Positions 12,201-24,894 of a stretch of 35,452 nucleotides of DNA are shown piece by piece. Source of the DNA: Seison nebaliae (taxonomy: Eukaryota). The stretch covers positions 1 to 35,452 of the forward strand of contig JALJEE010002127.1 in NCBI GenBank assembly GCA_023231475.1, in the 5' to 3' direction. Within the stretch, counting starts at the first letter, position 1. Every line of letters starts with the position of its first letter. Below the pieces are notes generated by a model that made no database searches, was not told the DNA's origin, and worked only from the letters and a program-made list of their open reading frames with translations. The translations under genes and the position numbers were made by a program.

Positions 12201-15200
12201 AGTTTGGGAAGTGTTTGATGAGAAATCGCCAGTGATGATGATTGATGGAATTTATTTCTCTTTACATCATCCCGTCAATACCATCATGCCATTGATTAAT
12301 GAAGTTTATGCAGATCCAATCAACGATTTGTCGAATGCACCAATTTCTGATTATATTGAATTATTCATTCCAACTGAATTTGACGATCTCTCTTTAGACC
12401 CATCCACAACATTAGTCATATTCGAATGGAAACATGACGAATATATGATGGTGGAGGAAGTGACGGAATATGAATTGATTCCTGTTATTGAACGATTGAG
12501 ATTTCAGAATTATTTTATGTTGAGTAATATCCATAACGAATTGTTTGGTGCTGATATTGGAATAAAAGATTTGAACGAATTATTGGACGTGGAAGGAATT
12601 GATATATTTTCCATCATCATTCACAATTGTCCATCAATCTCCAATTATACGAAACTCCATCGGCAATTATGTATTTTCGATGAATTGATTGTTGATTTGT
12701 CAGCGGAACGACCGCCATGGATGGCGAGTAAATATCCAGCGAATGGTCTCTCCATCTCTCGATGTTTATCCTTCCAATTGAGTGATACGGAAAGTTTTGT
12801 CATGACTGTACCATCACCTCGAAATCCGAATAAATGTATACCGGATGATGTGGTGATTAATGAAATAGGTTTGGAAAAAGATCGTTGTATTCTCAATAAG
12901 TTTCAAAAGAAGAAATTGAACGATTATTTATTTGTGGAATTGAGATTGTTGGAGATGGGAAATCCAAAACCATATTATCTTCCTTTGGAAGCGTTATCTG
13001 TTGGGGTATACGTTTTCCAGAAAACGGATTCATTCGAAACGATTATGCCACATGACGCATATTCATTCAGTTCAGTTAAATCAGATGTTTCGGGTGGATA
13101 TATAACAGTAATTAATGATCATTTCCTTCATATTCCTCTTTTTGAAGTGGATTCATATTATGTTATCGTCTTGACACAAGCACGTCATTATCGAGTAGCA
13201 TCGACATCATTATTGGATATAATTAAATCTCTCACTTCAACTAATACCATGTTTCCTGATATCAAAGTGATTGATCTCATAATTATCGGTCCAGAATTAT
13301 CAAATGATGATGACAAAAATCCGATACTTCATGAAATTACAACCATCTTCCCAAACCTCCTTCTTTATACGAACGATATCAATAACGTATTAAGTGAATG
13401 TAAATTATCGATTGGACGTTGTTCCTGTTGCCAACCGATCGACATGTCATCATTCTTCTTACAATTACCATCACCTGATAAAGAGAATCATTGTTATCTC
13501 AGCGACGTTCTCATGGAAGAATTGTTTTTCGATTCCACTCTCAACAACCTCAAATTGTCAATGGAATTATTTTTAGCGAAAGAAACAGAATTAACTGAAT
13601 TTTTCGTCGCTTCCAAACAACTTCAAATTATCATCGGTAAACGAAAAGATGAAAACTTATCATTTCAAGTATTTCCCATCACTTTCATCGGCAGTCAACA
13701 AGAAGAAGCGTTAACACAAATCGTTAACGTCGAATTACCAGGAATCGGTTTGATGGATATCGAAATGGTCCTTCTTTATAAAGGTCATTGGAGACCTGAT
13801 TATGGTATTGACAATATCGCTTATAAAGATACTTTAGGTGTGATTGATGGAGTGTGGTTTTTGCAGAGTCATGAAAATGTCTCGCAACTTTTGACTGAAT
13901 CGACATTGAAAGATCTTGGAATTTTCAAAGAAGATAAACCGACAATTCTCACCGAATCCCTTACCAATCATTCGATTGTTCGTTGTGCTTTGACATATGA
14001 AGATAAATTCTCGTTGACGAATTTCTTCCAACTCACACCAACATTAGGAGAACCGAAGAATTGTTTGCATAACGGATTTCATGAAGGAATACATATCTCT
14101 CGATTTAATTTATTACCGAAAGAAAAAGTTTTCTCCAAAAAAATTTAATTTCAATTAATTTCAATTGATTATTTTTAGGAGTCGATTATTCTACATGGAA
14201 ATAATAATCGATTCATTGGAACATTCACATTTGTTATGACGTCGGGCATTCAAATAATTTCTTTGAAACATTTCGATGACGAATATTTGAACGAGAATGG
14301 ATACATCGAAATTCCATTAGATCTCCCTGAAAAATTATTCGAGAAAATGAGATCAGGAATCTTTTTGATTCTTCTCAAATTCTCTACGGAAAAATTGAGT
14401 TTCGATGAATTGTTGGCGATGCGTCAGGAGAATATTGTCGATCTCATCAGTTTCAGTAAATGGCCAATGAATAAGGATTTTGATAAATTATTCAAGATTT
14501 TGTCACCCGAATTGCAAACGCCAATTTATTTCGATTATGAGTTTCCCTTTTTAATCGATTAACCACTATAAAAATGTTCAATTTCCAGTTCGAATGGTTA
14601 TGAAGATGGTTTAGCGGTTTCCGATTGTCATCGTTCACATGATGACGGTGATCATTGGCAACATTTTCGAGAAGACTTAAATCTTCGTTTCGTTGTGGGA
14701 CCGTCGTCTTCTTCGATTGAGAAGAACGTGTGTCCAAGTAAGAAAGCGGAGAAAAAGATAATACATGTATCGACTTATGGAAGTCTTTGTTCTGATTATA
14801 AGAATCAAAGTGTTCGATTACAAAATATTCGTCGTACTATTATCAACGAAGTAGTGAATAAATGTTCCTGTTCTTATACTGACGATTATTTCATAAGTTT
14901 TATTTTCTGTTCTTCATCTGATTTTATCTTCATTTTTCAGTTTCCGATATCGATTGTCGAACTGACGCAAGGAGATTAATCGAATTAACGTTTAACGTCC
15001 GATATTATTATATCGATGAAAGTTTGAATTACAGTTCACAATTCTTCATTTGAATTTATTCTAGTAACGGAATTAGGAACATGTATCGATCGAACAATCG
15101 ATAACACGATTTCTGGTTGTTTATGTTGGACATCCAATTCTGGTGTGTTCCAATTGGGTCGACTTTGTACGAATGATTGTTTAAATGAAAAAACTTCAAC

Positions 15201-15525
15201 AATATCAACTACCACTGCAACTTCCACTATCAAGAGCACAAAGAGCATGTCTGAAACGACTACAATATTTCAAATAAAACCAAAATCTGACGGTTTAAAT
15301 TTACTTTCAAAAACTCTTTTTCATATTTCGTTGCTAGATTCGTGGAAAATCGCTTTCATTGTAACAATTATATGTTTTGTAATGTTAGCATGTGTGACCT
15401 TCTTCGTTTATCGGAAAAAGAAGAAATACGATCTCACTAAAAGAGAAGTTTAAATATATTTCATCCCTTATATCCTGATAAATTAATATTAGCAGGTGAT
15501 TCCTATGTACAATTTTGATAGTTAA
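6232..15525 (+). CDS. Giant multi-exon type I membrane protein with tandem Cys-containing lamin-tail-domain (LTD)-like repeats
   Basis: Signal peptide MRSHFFMRFLFIFFFSVCSC at 6232. The ORF-track pieces join across short GT-AG introns (e.g. 6329-6377, 6901-6946, 7109-7156, 7385-7435, 7787-7845, 8254-8292). Recurring INE...IEL / S-x-x-RC / PTP..N.C motifs, a Thr/Ser stalk, TM IAFIVTIICFVMLACVTFFVY and an RKKKK stop-transfer. The 3' end is 15525, or ~15600 if 15521-15562 is also spliced. Confidence 0.8.
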
Positions 15526-16571
15526 ATATCGTACAAAAGTCGCAATTTCTTCTCTTTTACAGGTGTAAGGAAGATTATTTCGAATTCATGCCATTATGAA
15601 AGAAATGGGATGAATATATAATATTCTATTAATACAAATATATCTCTTATCTTTTTAGTTTGATTGAAATATATGAGTATATCAATAATCTTCTTCAAAT
15701 AAAGAATTGAAACTTCTCATTAAACCTAAAAATTTACAATTGTTACTTGTTCTTAAATTACTTGTTAGTGGTTATTATTATGAGGATAATTATGGGGAGA
15801 GATAATCGAACACAACATAGACATATAATGTCTCAACGAAGTTCGGAACAATTGTTGAGCGAACAACCAACAATGTTCAGCTAAGAAGAGAAAACGGGAA
15901 TTAGAGAAGGAATATATTGAGAGAAAATAATGAAAAGAAAAAATAATATTAATTATTATGTTATAGATTCTATAATAATATATTATCCAAAGTTTTCCAT
16001 TCGACATTGACAACTTCCAAAATAAAATCACCCAATGCATTGATAGAATTCCATATCAACAGATCAACGCATCTCCTCAACGATCAATTGATTCCAACCG
16101 TCGACTCCCACATTCGCCCACATAATCGCTGGAACTTCGAGAGATGTTGCTTGAAATATAGGACATAAAGTGTCCATATTTCCAGATTGGCCAATAAACC
16201 AATTAAGGCATCCTCATCGTCCAAATCGCTCGTTGCTACCACGTGAAGCGATTTGTGAATTAGTCAGCTATAAAAATTATTTGTCACATAGAAGACTTAG
16301 CAATAGAAAAGAATGAGGGAAATGTTTAGAATAAAATACTTCTCATTGGAAGTGACACGAAAAAAATGGAAAAAAGAGTTGAAGAGAAGTGTTTAGTTGT
16401 GGGGAGGAGAAGAATTGTTGCAACAAAAGATTTTGTAGTTTAATTCAGTGTTGGCATTAGTTGTATATAAATAGAATACATAGTATGAGATATGTTATGT
16501 GTAGAGAAAAATATGATCTGGATGAAATATGAATTTATGTTAGTTATGTGTATGTGAGAGAGAATGTTCGA

Positions 16572-17814
16572 ATGAAGGTCGATGAGAAAAAATTGAAGCC
16601 ATCTGATCAAAAGCCTTCTCCTCTCATCCATGAAAAATATATAGACGACTCGAAGCTCAATTGGAAAAAGGTAGGTAAGATATACGAATGCGAATAGGTC
16701 TCCACTCACAATCGTCTACTCACTCACCTATCAGATGAATGAGCAATTGAAAGATGGAGCAGTTAACCTGCTGGCAGGTACTTGTGGTTAGTGGAATGAT
16801 GTGAATGAATGAAAAGATTTTTCATTTCTCTTACATATTTCTAGGTGCGATTTCATGCGTTTATGTTGGACAACCATTAGATACGATTAAAGTGAAGATG
16901 CAAGCTTTCCCCGAAACATATCCCAATTTATGGAAATGTTTCCGCACTACTTGGAGAACTGATGGAGTTGGGAGAGGCTTATATGCAGGAACCGTACCTG
17001 CCCTCATCGCCAATATTGCTGGTTCTTAACCATCTCATTTAATTTACTATTTATTTTAAAGAAAATTCTGTTTTATTCACTTCGTACAATGCATGTCAGA
17101 AAACCATCTCTCTACTCCGTTATCAACATACAAATATCTCCCAATTGGACACGGTGGATAATGGAATAGCTGGATCGGGAGCTGCATTTTTTGCTGCCGT
17201 CGTATTGACACCGACGGAATTGATTAAATGTCGATTACAATCTGCTCGAGAGAAGATCGGCTCAACAGCTAAATTACAAATGTTTCTTTCATTCAAACTT
17301 TTTTCTTCATAATTCATATCAATTTGAATAGAACACCTTATTCCGCTACCAGAGATATTATCAGGAATGACGGTTTAAGAGGACTAATGAGAGGATTTAC
17401 TCCAACAGTAGCACGAGAAATGCCCGGCTATTATTTCTTCTTTGCCGTCTACGAATATTCGAGAGAACAATTCCGCAAATATCAAAACGTGAAAACGAAA
17501 GATGATGTCAGTTATATTTCTAATATCCACTTCTCAAAATCATCTATTTTTTATTAGCCACTTTCTTCACTTTCGTTAGTGGAGGATTTGCTGGTTTGGC
17601 CTTTTGGACAGCCATCTTCCCAACCGATGTCATCAAATCACGAATGCAGGTGAAAGAAGGAAAAGGTGGAAATTTCCTGAAAGTGATAACTGATATCTAT
17701 CAGAAAGAAGGATTCCTCAAATTCTACAACGGTCTATCTCCAACACTTCTGAGAACTTTCCCAGCTACAGGAGCATTATTTCTCACCGTCGAATTCGTCA
17801 AAAGTCTCTTCTAA
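16572..17814 (+). CDS. SLC25A15: Mitochondrial carrier, ornithine transporter-like (6 exons)
   Basis: Three carrier signatures (PLDTIKVKMQ, PTELIKCRLQ, PTDVIKSRMQ) plus ANIAENSVLF, REMPGYYFFF and RTFPATGALF, typical of ORNT1. Introns at 16671-16734, 16787-16844, 17022-17061, 17282-17331 and 17511-17557 restore the frame. The first exon is the least certain; ATG 16735 is an alternative start. Confidence 0.9.
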
Positions 17815-18254
17815 ATTCGATCGCTCTTAAACGAAAGACAATATTAGATCATAAAAAATTTAATTTCCTAAAACAATTATTTTCAAACAACTTTTATTTG
17901 TTAAAGACAAAAAAACTTTTGTAAAATCTTCCAATAGAACAGATGTATATAATGATGGGATGGGAATGATTTTCTTTAAAATGTTCTCATCATTCAAAAG
18001 ATTGATGAAATGAAATGGAATGAAATCATAAAATATTCGAATCGTTGTCGAGTAAAAATAAATAAAATAATTCTCATAAGCATCCAAAAAAAAAAGGAAA
18101 TCTTCTTCGGTATATGGGAAATGGAATCGTACCAGATTTCAAGAGTGGAATAAAAAAAAAGGAAAAATTAATAAAGTTTTTTTTTTTTGATTAAAATCCA
18201 ATAATGAATGGTTGTTGGGCGGAGGAGAAAAAAAAAGAGAAATTTATTTTTTTT

Positions 18255-21200
18255 TCAAGAATGAAACATCTTTTCAGCAATCGTTTTCTCTTCTTCGTCG
18301 TCATAATCGAATCGTTTCATATCTTCATTATGAGGGAAATTTGTGGAATGAATCTCATCAATTAATGAATGATGAGTTGAATCAATTTTATTGGATTGTT
18401 GACTGATGTTATTGCTGTTAGTGTCGTTGGATAATTGATCGATATCATCATCGACATCATCGGACGAATCGTATGAAGAGAATGGTTTGGATTGTTTGAC
18501 GTCTAATGAAGTGTCATCGTTACGATCAGTAGAAATGGATTCCATCATTAAACTACTCCGATTGTTGACGTGATGATTTGTATCAATAAATTCGTCGTCA
18601 GAACGAAGTGCACGCAATAATTTGTTCAATCGAATATTGGAATTATGGACTTGTTCTTTGAGTGTGGTGATATCCATTCGGAGAACTTCTATTAATGTCG
18701 ATTTGAGTTGACGATCTTGTTCGGAGTCGAATAATCGTTTACTTAATTCATTCATATCATCATTGATCTTTCGAATTTGACTCTGCATCTTCTTCTGAGT
18801 ATCAATAGCTCGTAATTCACGATCAGAAGAAATCTTTATCAAATTCTCATTCTCCGTCAATTGATGACGAAGACGATCAATAATATTTTGAAATCGATTC
18901 ACTTTCGTCTTCTCCAAATCTAATTGACCATCCAATTCCTTAATTTTTCCGTCTCGTTGACGAACATCAGCACATTGATGTGTCGTCTCTAATGCCATTT
19001 GTTCTTCCAATTTCATTTTTAATGAAGATATTTCATCTTCTAACATCGAATTAATTCGATGAGAATCGTCTTGCATCATCTCTAATTCTAATCGACGTTT
19101 TTGTTCATTGTGAAAACGTTGAGTTGCTAACGATAATTTTCTCGCAAATTCAACTCCACCATCCTCCAAATTATCCAATTGTTCAGTTAAAGCCGCTTTC
19201 TCATTGATGAGAAGTGTAATTTGTGATTCAGTACTAATTCGATTATTCCGATGAATTTCCGCTTCCATTTGCATTTCCTGCAATTCCGCTTCTAATCGTT
19301 GTTTCGTCTTTAATAACGATGTATTAATTGCTATTCTTTCTTCCAATTGCATATGTAATGTTCGAATAGGTGCATCCATCATCACCAATTGATGATTATC
19401 AATAATGGAATTAGAAATGTTGTTATTGTTGTTGGTAGTGGTGGTGATTGTGGATTGATGATAATTGTTGTTGTTATTGGACATTCTCTTCAAATGTTCA
19501 TGACGAGCAGAAATTATGGAACTTGACGATCCAGAAGAGATGGAAGATGTCGAAGATAAATCTCGTCGTTTTTGAATTGAGGGAGTGGACGAATGAATTG
19601 ATGACGGTATAAATGATTGAGTCGATGACGACGTTAATTGTTGTTGTTGTTCTTGTTGTTTTTTATGTTTGCGTATTTCTAATAAATTCGCATCATTCGC
19701 ATCATTCAACAATAATTTATAACGAGATAATTGTCTTTTCAAACGATTGATGACATCTTTCTCTTTTTTCTCATTCTCTTCCCCTTTCTCCAATCTCATT
19801 CTCAATTCATTCAACATCTTCTCCACATTCTTCCTCTCATTATTCAATTTTTCATTTCGATTCATTTCCATTAAAAGATCTTCCTCCAAATTCTTCACCT
19901 ACAACAAAAAATTGAAAGAATAAAAGATGAGAAATGAAGAAATAACTTTTTTCTCGTTCAAAAATTTCACATCAATAATTTCCTGATTTTTATCATTCGT
20001 CATGGAAATCATCGATCGTCTTTCACGTTGCGCATTCATCTGAAACTTCAATTTATCTTCTTCCAATTCGGAAATGATTTGGCACTGATCATTAATCTCT
20101 TCCAATTGGTTTGATATCTGCTTCTCTAATCGATCACATTTCATATGTAAATCTCGATTTTTCTGGAAAAAAGGGGAAAAAAAATTGAAAAATGGAAGAA
20201 AAAAATTACTAACAATCTGTTGTTCTGATGATGTTGTTGTTGTAATTTCATTTAGTCGTTGAATTTCCTTCTTCAATTTCTCATTCTCCAACACTAAATT
20301 TTCATTCATCAACTTTAAAGAAAAATCATAAAACGGAAATGATAATTTAAAATGGAACATTCCCTTTCTTCTCATTGTCAATGAGACGAGTCATTTGTTC
20401 ATCTTTCATCAATTTCGTTTGTTGTTGTTGTTTCAATTCGTCATTCAATTGTTGTCGTAATCGTTGAATTTGTAATTCTTGTCGTTGTTGTTGTCGTTGT
20501 TGGAATGAGAGATCACGTTTCATAACATCGATATTGATCTGATCATCTGAATGAAGACGATTTAATTCTTGAATTTTTTGTTTCAATTGATAATTCTCAT
20601 TTTTCAATTCTTTCAATTCTTCCTCATTTCTACTATTGCTATTGTTGTTGTTAGTGTTATTGTTGATGATGGATTTATTTGAAATTGATTCACCATTTCT
20701 CTCCATTCCCATTAATGATTCATTTCGTTTCTTTCGTTCATTATCTAATGATTTATGTAGAATATTTTGTTGTTCTTCACTTTCACTCAATTCAACTGCC
20801 AATTGTTTCATATTATTATTGAGATGAATATTCTCTTGAATCATCAATTCTTTCTCTTTTTCTAATTTTTTTATTAATTCATTTAATTCATTCAAATTCT
20901 CTTCCAACATTCTCATTTGATTTATTTCATTCAATTCTTTCTTCGTCTTCTCTTCTACGAGAATGATGGGATGTATCTTCTGAAATAATCTCCACCATTT
21001 CCATTCATTCAATTTCATGAAAATTCTCAAATTCTTCTGAATAATTCTCATAGCGCAATCGGACGATATTCGATCATCATATCGACGTTGACTTAAATAT
21101 CGTCGACAATTCGATTGACATCTAATAATCAATTGTTCTACACAACTATTTCTCTCTCTCATCAATTGTTCATAATCAGATAATCGAAGAACAATCTCAT

Positions 21201-24024
21201 TAGATCGAACAATTCCATTAATATCCAACAATTTCAAAAGATCATTTACTCGTTCAATTTCAGTCGATGTCATTTCTCTCTCATTCACATTTCCAATAAT
21301 AATTGAAAAATTATTTAAAAATTTCCTCAATCTCAAATTGACGATGGGAACATGTCGAATGAATTCTCCAATTAAATCCAATTGGAAACACTGAAAATGT
21401 TTCAAGAGAATTCCACTCAAATTTTCCATTTCCATCAAATGATGGAATGGTAGAATGAAAATGAGATTATGTCCATATAATGCTTCATTAAATTGTTTCA
21501 TCGATTGTGCCAGACATGTCCTCCATGTCATTTCCACATCTGATTCCCTTTTCTTCCATTTCTCATTACTCTCCATCAATTGTGACGGATTGATCATGGT
21601 CGTTAATCGACGTGCATTATTCTTCAATAATTTCAATTGTTTCTTCGATTCCATTTCATTGGTGATGGTTGATTGGGGGAAGTCTTTTAATATTTCCGAA
21701 AATAATGATCGAATCGATTCATTTCTCGATTCTCTCATCAGGAAATTAGTGGAAGAGAGACTGGATGAATAAATGACGAAATATGATTCGAGACATTTCA
21801 CTAAATTATATTCACATTTTTCTGTTCCATTCATATGATGAATAATCAATTGATGATTAGATGGAATATTTCGACGTCCGATCAATTTCTCGATAATAAA
21901 TCGATTAATAAAATCGATCGATCGAAAAGATTCTTCATATCGTCTCGATCGAATATATTCCTCCATCAAATAGAACAATCCGTTACAATTATCTTTGTGA
22001 AGATCGAGAACTTTCGTCAATGACTTCAATGATTGTTTCATCAGACAATCCACATCATTCTCTAACGGAATATTTAATGTTTCATCATCAATCTTTTTAT
22101 TTGATAAATCGAATAATTTCTCTAAATTTATTCTACTTTCTAATCCATTAATAATTGATCGAATATTATCCATTTGTTCAACATCCATCTCTCGACAATA
22201 TTTGAGAGAATTATGTTGGATGAATTCATCTCGAATTCTTTCATTGAAATAATTCGATAATAAATCATTCATATTTCCATCAGTCTTATCAATGAATGAG
22301 AAGAAATTGGGTTGAATTAAATTCAATTCTAATAAATTATTTTCCATCTCTCCATTCTCATTAAATTTATCATTCATCTTCAATTGAATTACCATGACCA
22401 GATCATGGAATATCGCTCCAGCGAATGTCAATAAATATTGTTCCAAATGAATGATGGAGAAATGATTAAAATCATTCCATTCTTCATTCTTCTTCTCATT
22501 CAAATCGATACAAATTAATTGTTTCAATTGATTGAAAATGATCTTCTCATCAATCTCTAATAATTCCGAAATATTCTCCAACGAATCTCCATTAATTTCT
22601 TTCAATTTCAACAAATGATAAATACCAGCTAAAAGACGTTCAATTCCAACTATTTCTTTCATATCAAAATTGAATATTTCCAACACTTTCCTCACATCCG
22701 TCCATGTATCACCAATCTCGTTCATGTCATCAATAATTTCATTAATTGAATAATTCTTCCGATTCTCTCCACAACATAAGAATAAATGATAGAAATATGG
22801 AATTCTCCCATCGAATATGAATTGTCCTCGATCACAAAAAACGAATTGTCCATTTAAAGAGAAAGTATCATAATTGAATCGATTTATTCGAATATTAAAT
22901 CGATTAATTGAATATTGTTCAATTGTCTTCCTCACACAAACTGATGATAACCAGAAGAATAATTTCAAATAATTTTCCATGATTTCATCACGTTGTCTGA
23001 ATAGAAATTTCATAATCTCCTCACATGTCCTTCGATTAGTCGACGGGAAAATTATTGTTCGTTCATTCTCGTTCAATTCATTTGCAGTCGTAAAAATATC
23101 TCGAAGGAGATTCTCATAAATTGATTCATTTTCTTTTAAAGTTAAAAAAATTTTGGGAGATAATTGAACATATTCTTTTTCCTTCTCTTTCATTCTCAAC
23201 AGACGATGAATCAATGTTGAGAGATTGAAATGGTCGAAATTATTCACTTCATATTTACTCTGATCGATAAGGTCGGAATGATTATCGATTAAATCGATCC
23301 GTTCACCATCAACTTCGACAATATCATTCGGATTATCATCGAATCGAACGAATGATTTCAATTCCGATTCATTTCCTTTCAATCTCATCAACATTCCTTT
23401 CACAATTTCTCCATTGGATTTTCGATAGAAAATTCTCTTCCAATTTTCCATCTTTCTCAAATTTTCCTCATTTTTACATTTGACTCCAATCACCACATCA
23501 TACAACATGATTAATGGTTCATTTTCCATAATCAATTTATGGAGACGATTCTTTATCAATTCCATATCCGTTCGTTCTGATCGATTAATTAATTGGAAAT
23601 TATTAACGGAAATTATTTCGTCATCATCTTTCAATTCATAACTTTCTTCTTTCTCAATTATTCTCACATTCTTCATCATATCATCAGATAGATTAAGATG
23701 GAAAAATTTTATTAAATCCATTAAATGAACTTTTTCCCTTCGATATGATTTCTTCTCCAATTGAATATCTCTCTCACCAGAAATCGGATAATCACTCGAC
23801 ATCGCTTCATTAGCCAACGTGTTCATAGTCAATAAATACGAATCATCCAAATAATCAATTTTTCCTACAACTTTCTCTCCTTTTCCATTTGAGATTTTAG
23901 TGGAAGAATCGGAATTGGAAATTTTGAGGATACCCTTCTTCGGTGTACGTTGGCCCTGTGTCACCGAATTTACATTGAACTCATTCGACTCTTTCTTCTC
24001 ATTTCGATTGAAATAAGAAAACAT
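18255..24024 (-). CDS. MYO18A: Unconventional myosin XVIII-like protein, highly divergent (4 exons, ~1870 aa)
   Basis: N-terminal MFSYF..KKE and PKKGILK, a possible PDZ remnant, an SH3-like segment (VRFDD..IVEVDGERID), a degenerate motor region, IQ and neck (CQSNCRRYLSQRRY...IIQKNLRIFMKLNEWKWWRLF) and a long coiled-coil tail. Introns at 20313-20358, 20163-20213 and 19899-19946. Confidence 0.78.
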
Positions 24025-24471
24025 TTTCACGTCCTATTACAAAACTAATTTTTTATGTTGCGTCGACAGAACGCGTTATTTCACACAAATGAATGACAAA
24101 TTTCCGAGTGTCTTTCTATGTACCAGATTTCTTTCCTTTCCTCCCTCATCAAGCCTAAAATCCAAACAACATTCTTCCTATCTATTCTCATTCTTTATTT
24201 TATTGAAAAATCTCATAATTCCTCGTACGGATTGAAAGCCTTCTCATTCATAATTATTAGATTATTCACTTATTTTAGTTATTCTTATTTTCTCCACTAG
24301 ACAAAATTTAGAGAGTTCGTTCCCAATTAATTGGTGGAAAAAAATTCAAATTTACAACAAACTATCAAAATAAATAAGTTTCTTAAAATTATTTTAAATT
24401 CTTCTTTCAATTTTTCCTTCAAAATTCCAACTTAACTAAAAAATAGTGTTAATGACATTAACTGATGATTT

Positions 24472-24737
24472 GATTAATTGAATATTGTTCAATTGTCTTC
24501 CTCACACAAACTGATGATAACCAGAAGAATAATGTCAGAAATTTCACATAATCTCCTCACATGTCCTTCGATTAGTCGACGGGAAAATTATTGTTCGTTC
24601 ATTCTCGTTCAATTCATTTGCAATCGTAAAAATATCTCGAAGGAGATTCTCATAAATTGATTCATTTTCTTTCAAAGTCAAAAAAATTTTGGGATTGAGA
24701 ATTGAACATATTCTTTTTCCTTCTCTTTCATTCTCAA
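24472..24737 (-). pseudogene. Degraded direct duplicate of myosin coding segment 22902-23199
   Basis: Near-identical sequence (e.g. GATTAATTGAATATTGTTCAATTGTCTTCCTCACACAAACTGATGATAACCAGAAGAATAAT) with an internal deletion of about 35 bp, small indels and a few substitutions. Confidence 0.9.
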
Positions 24738-24894
24738 TTTTACATATGAAGATTTTTATGAGTTTTTTTTTTCATTCGAAAAGACAAAAATAAATAAAAT
24801 AGATGAAAAAATTATTTATGATCACCGATACTTATTGATTGATCTCGTCGTTCGAAAGATGTGGGAAATAATTAGAAAGTTGTCTCAAGATAAA

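Noticed and set aside
16440..16709. 89-aa - strand ORF
   Set aside because: GTG start, and it is antisense to the probable first SLC25A15 exon (16572-16670).
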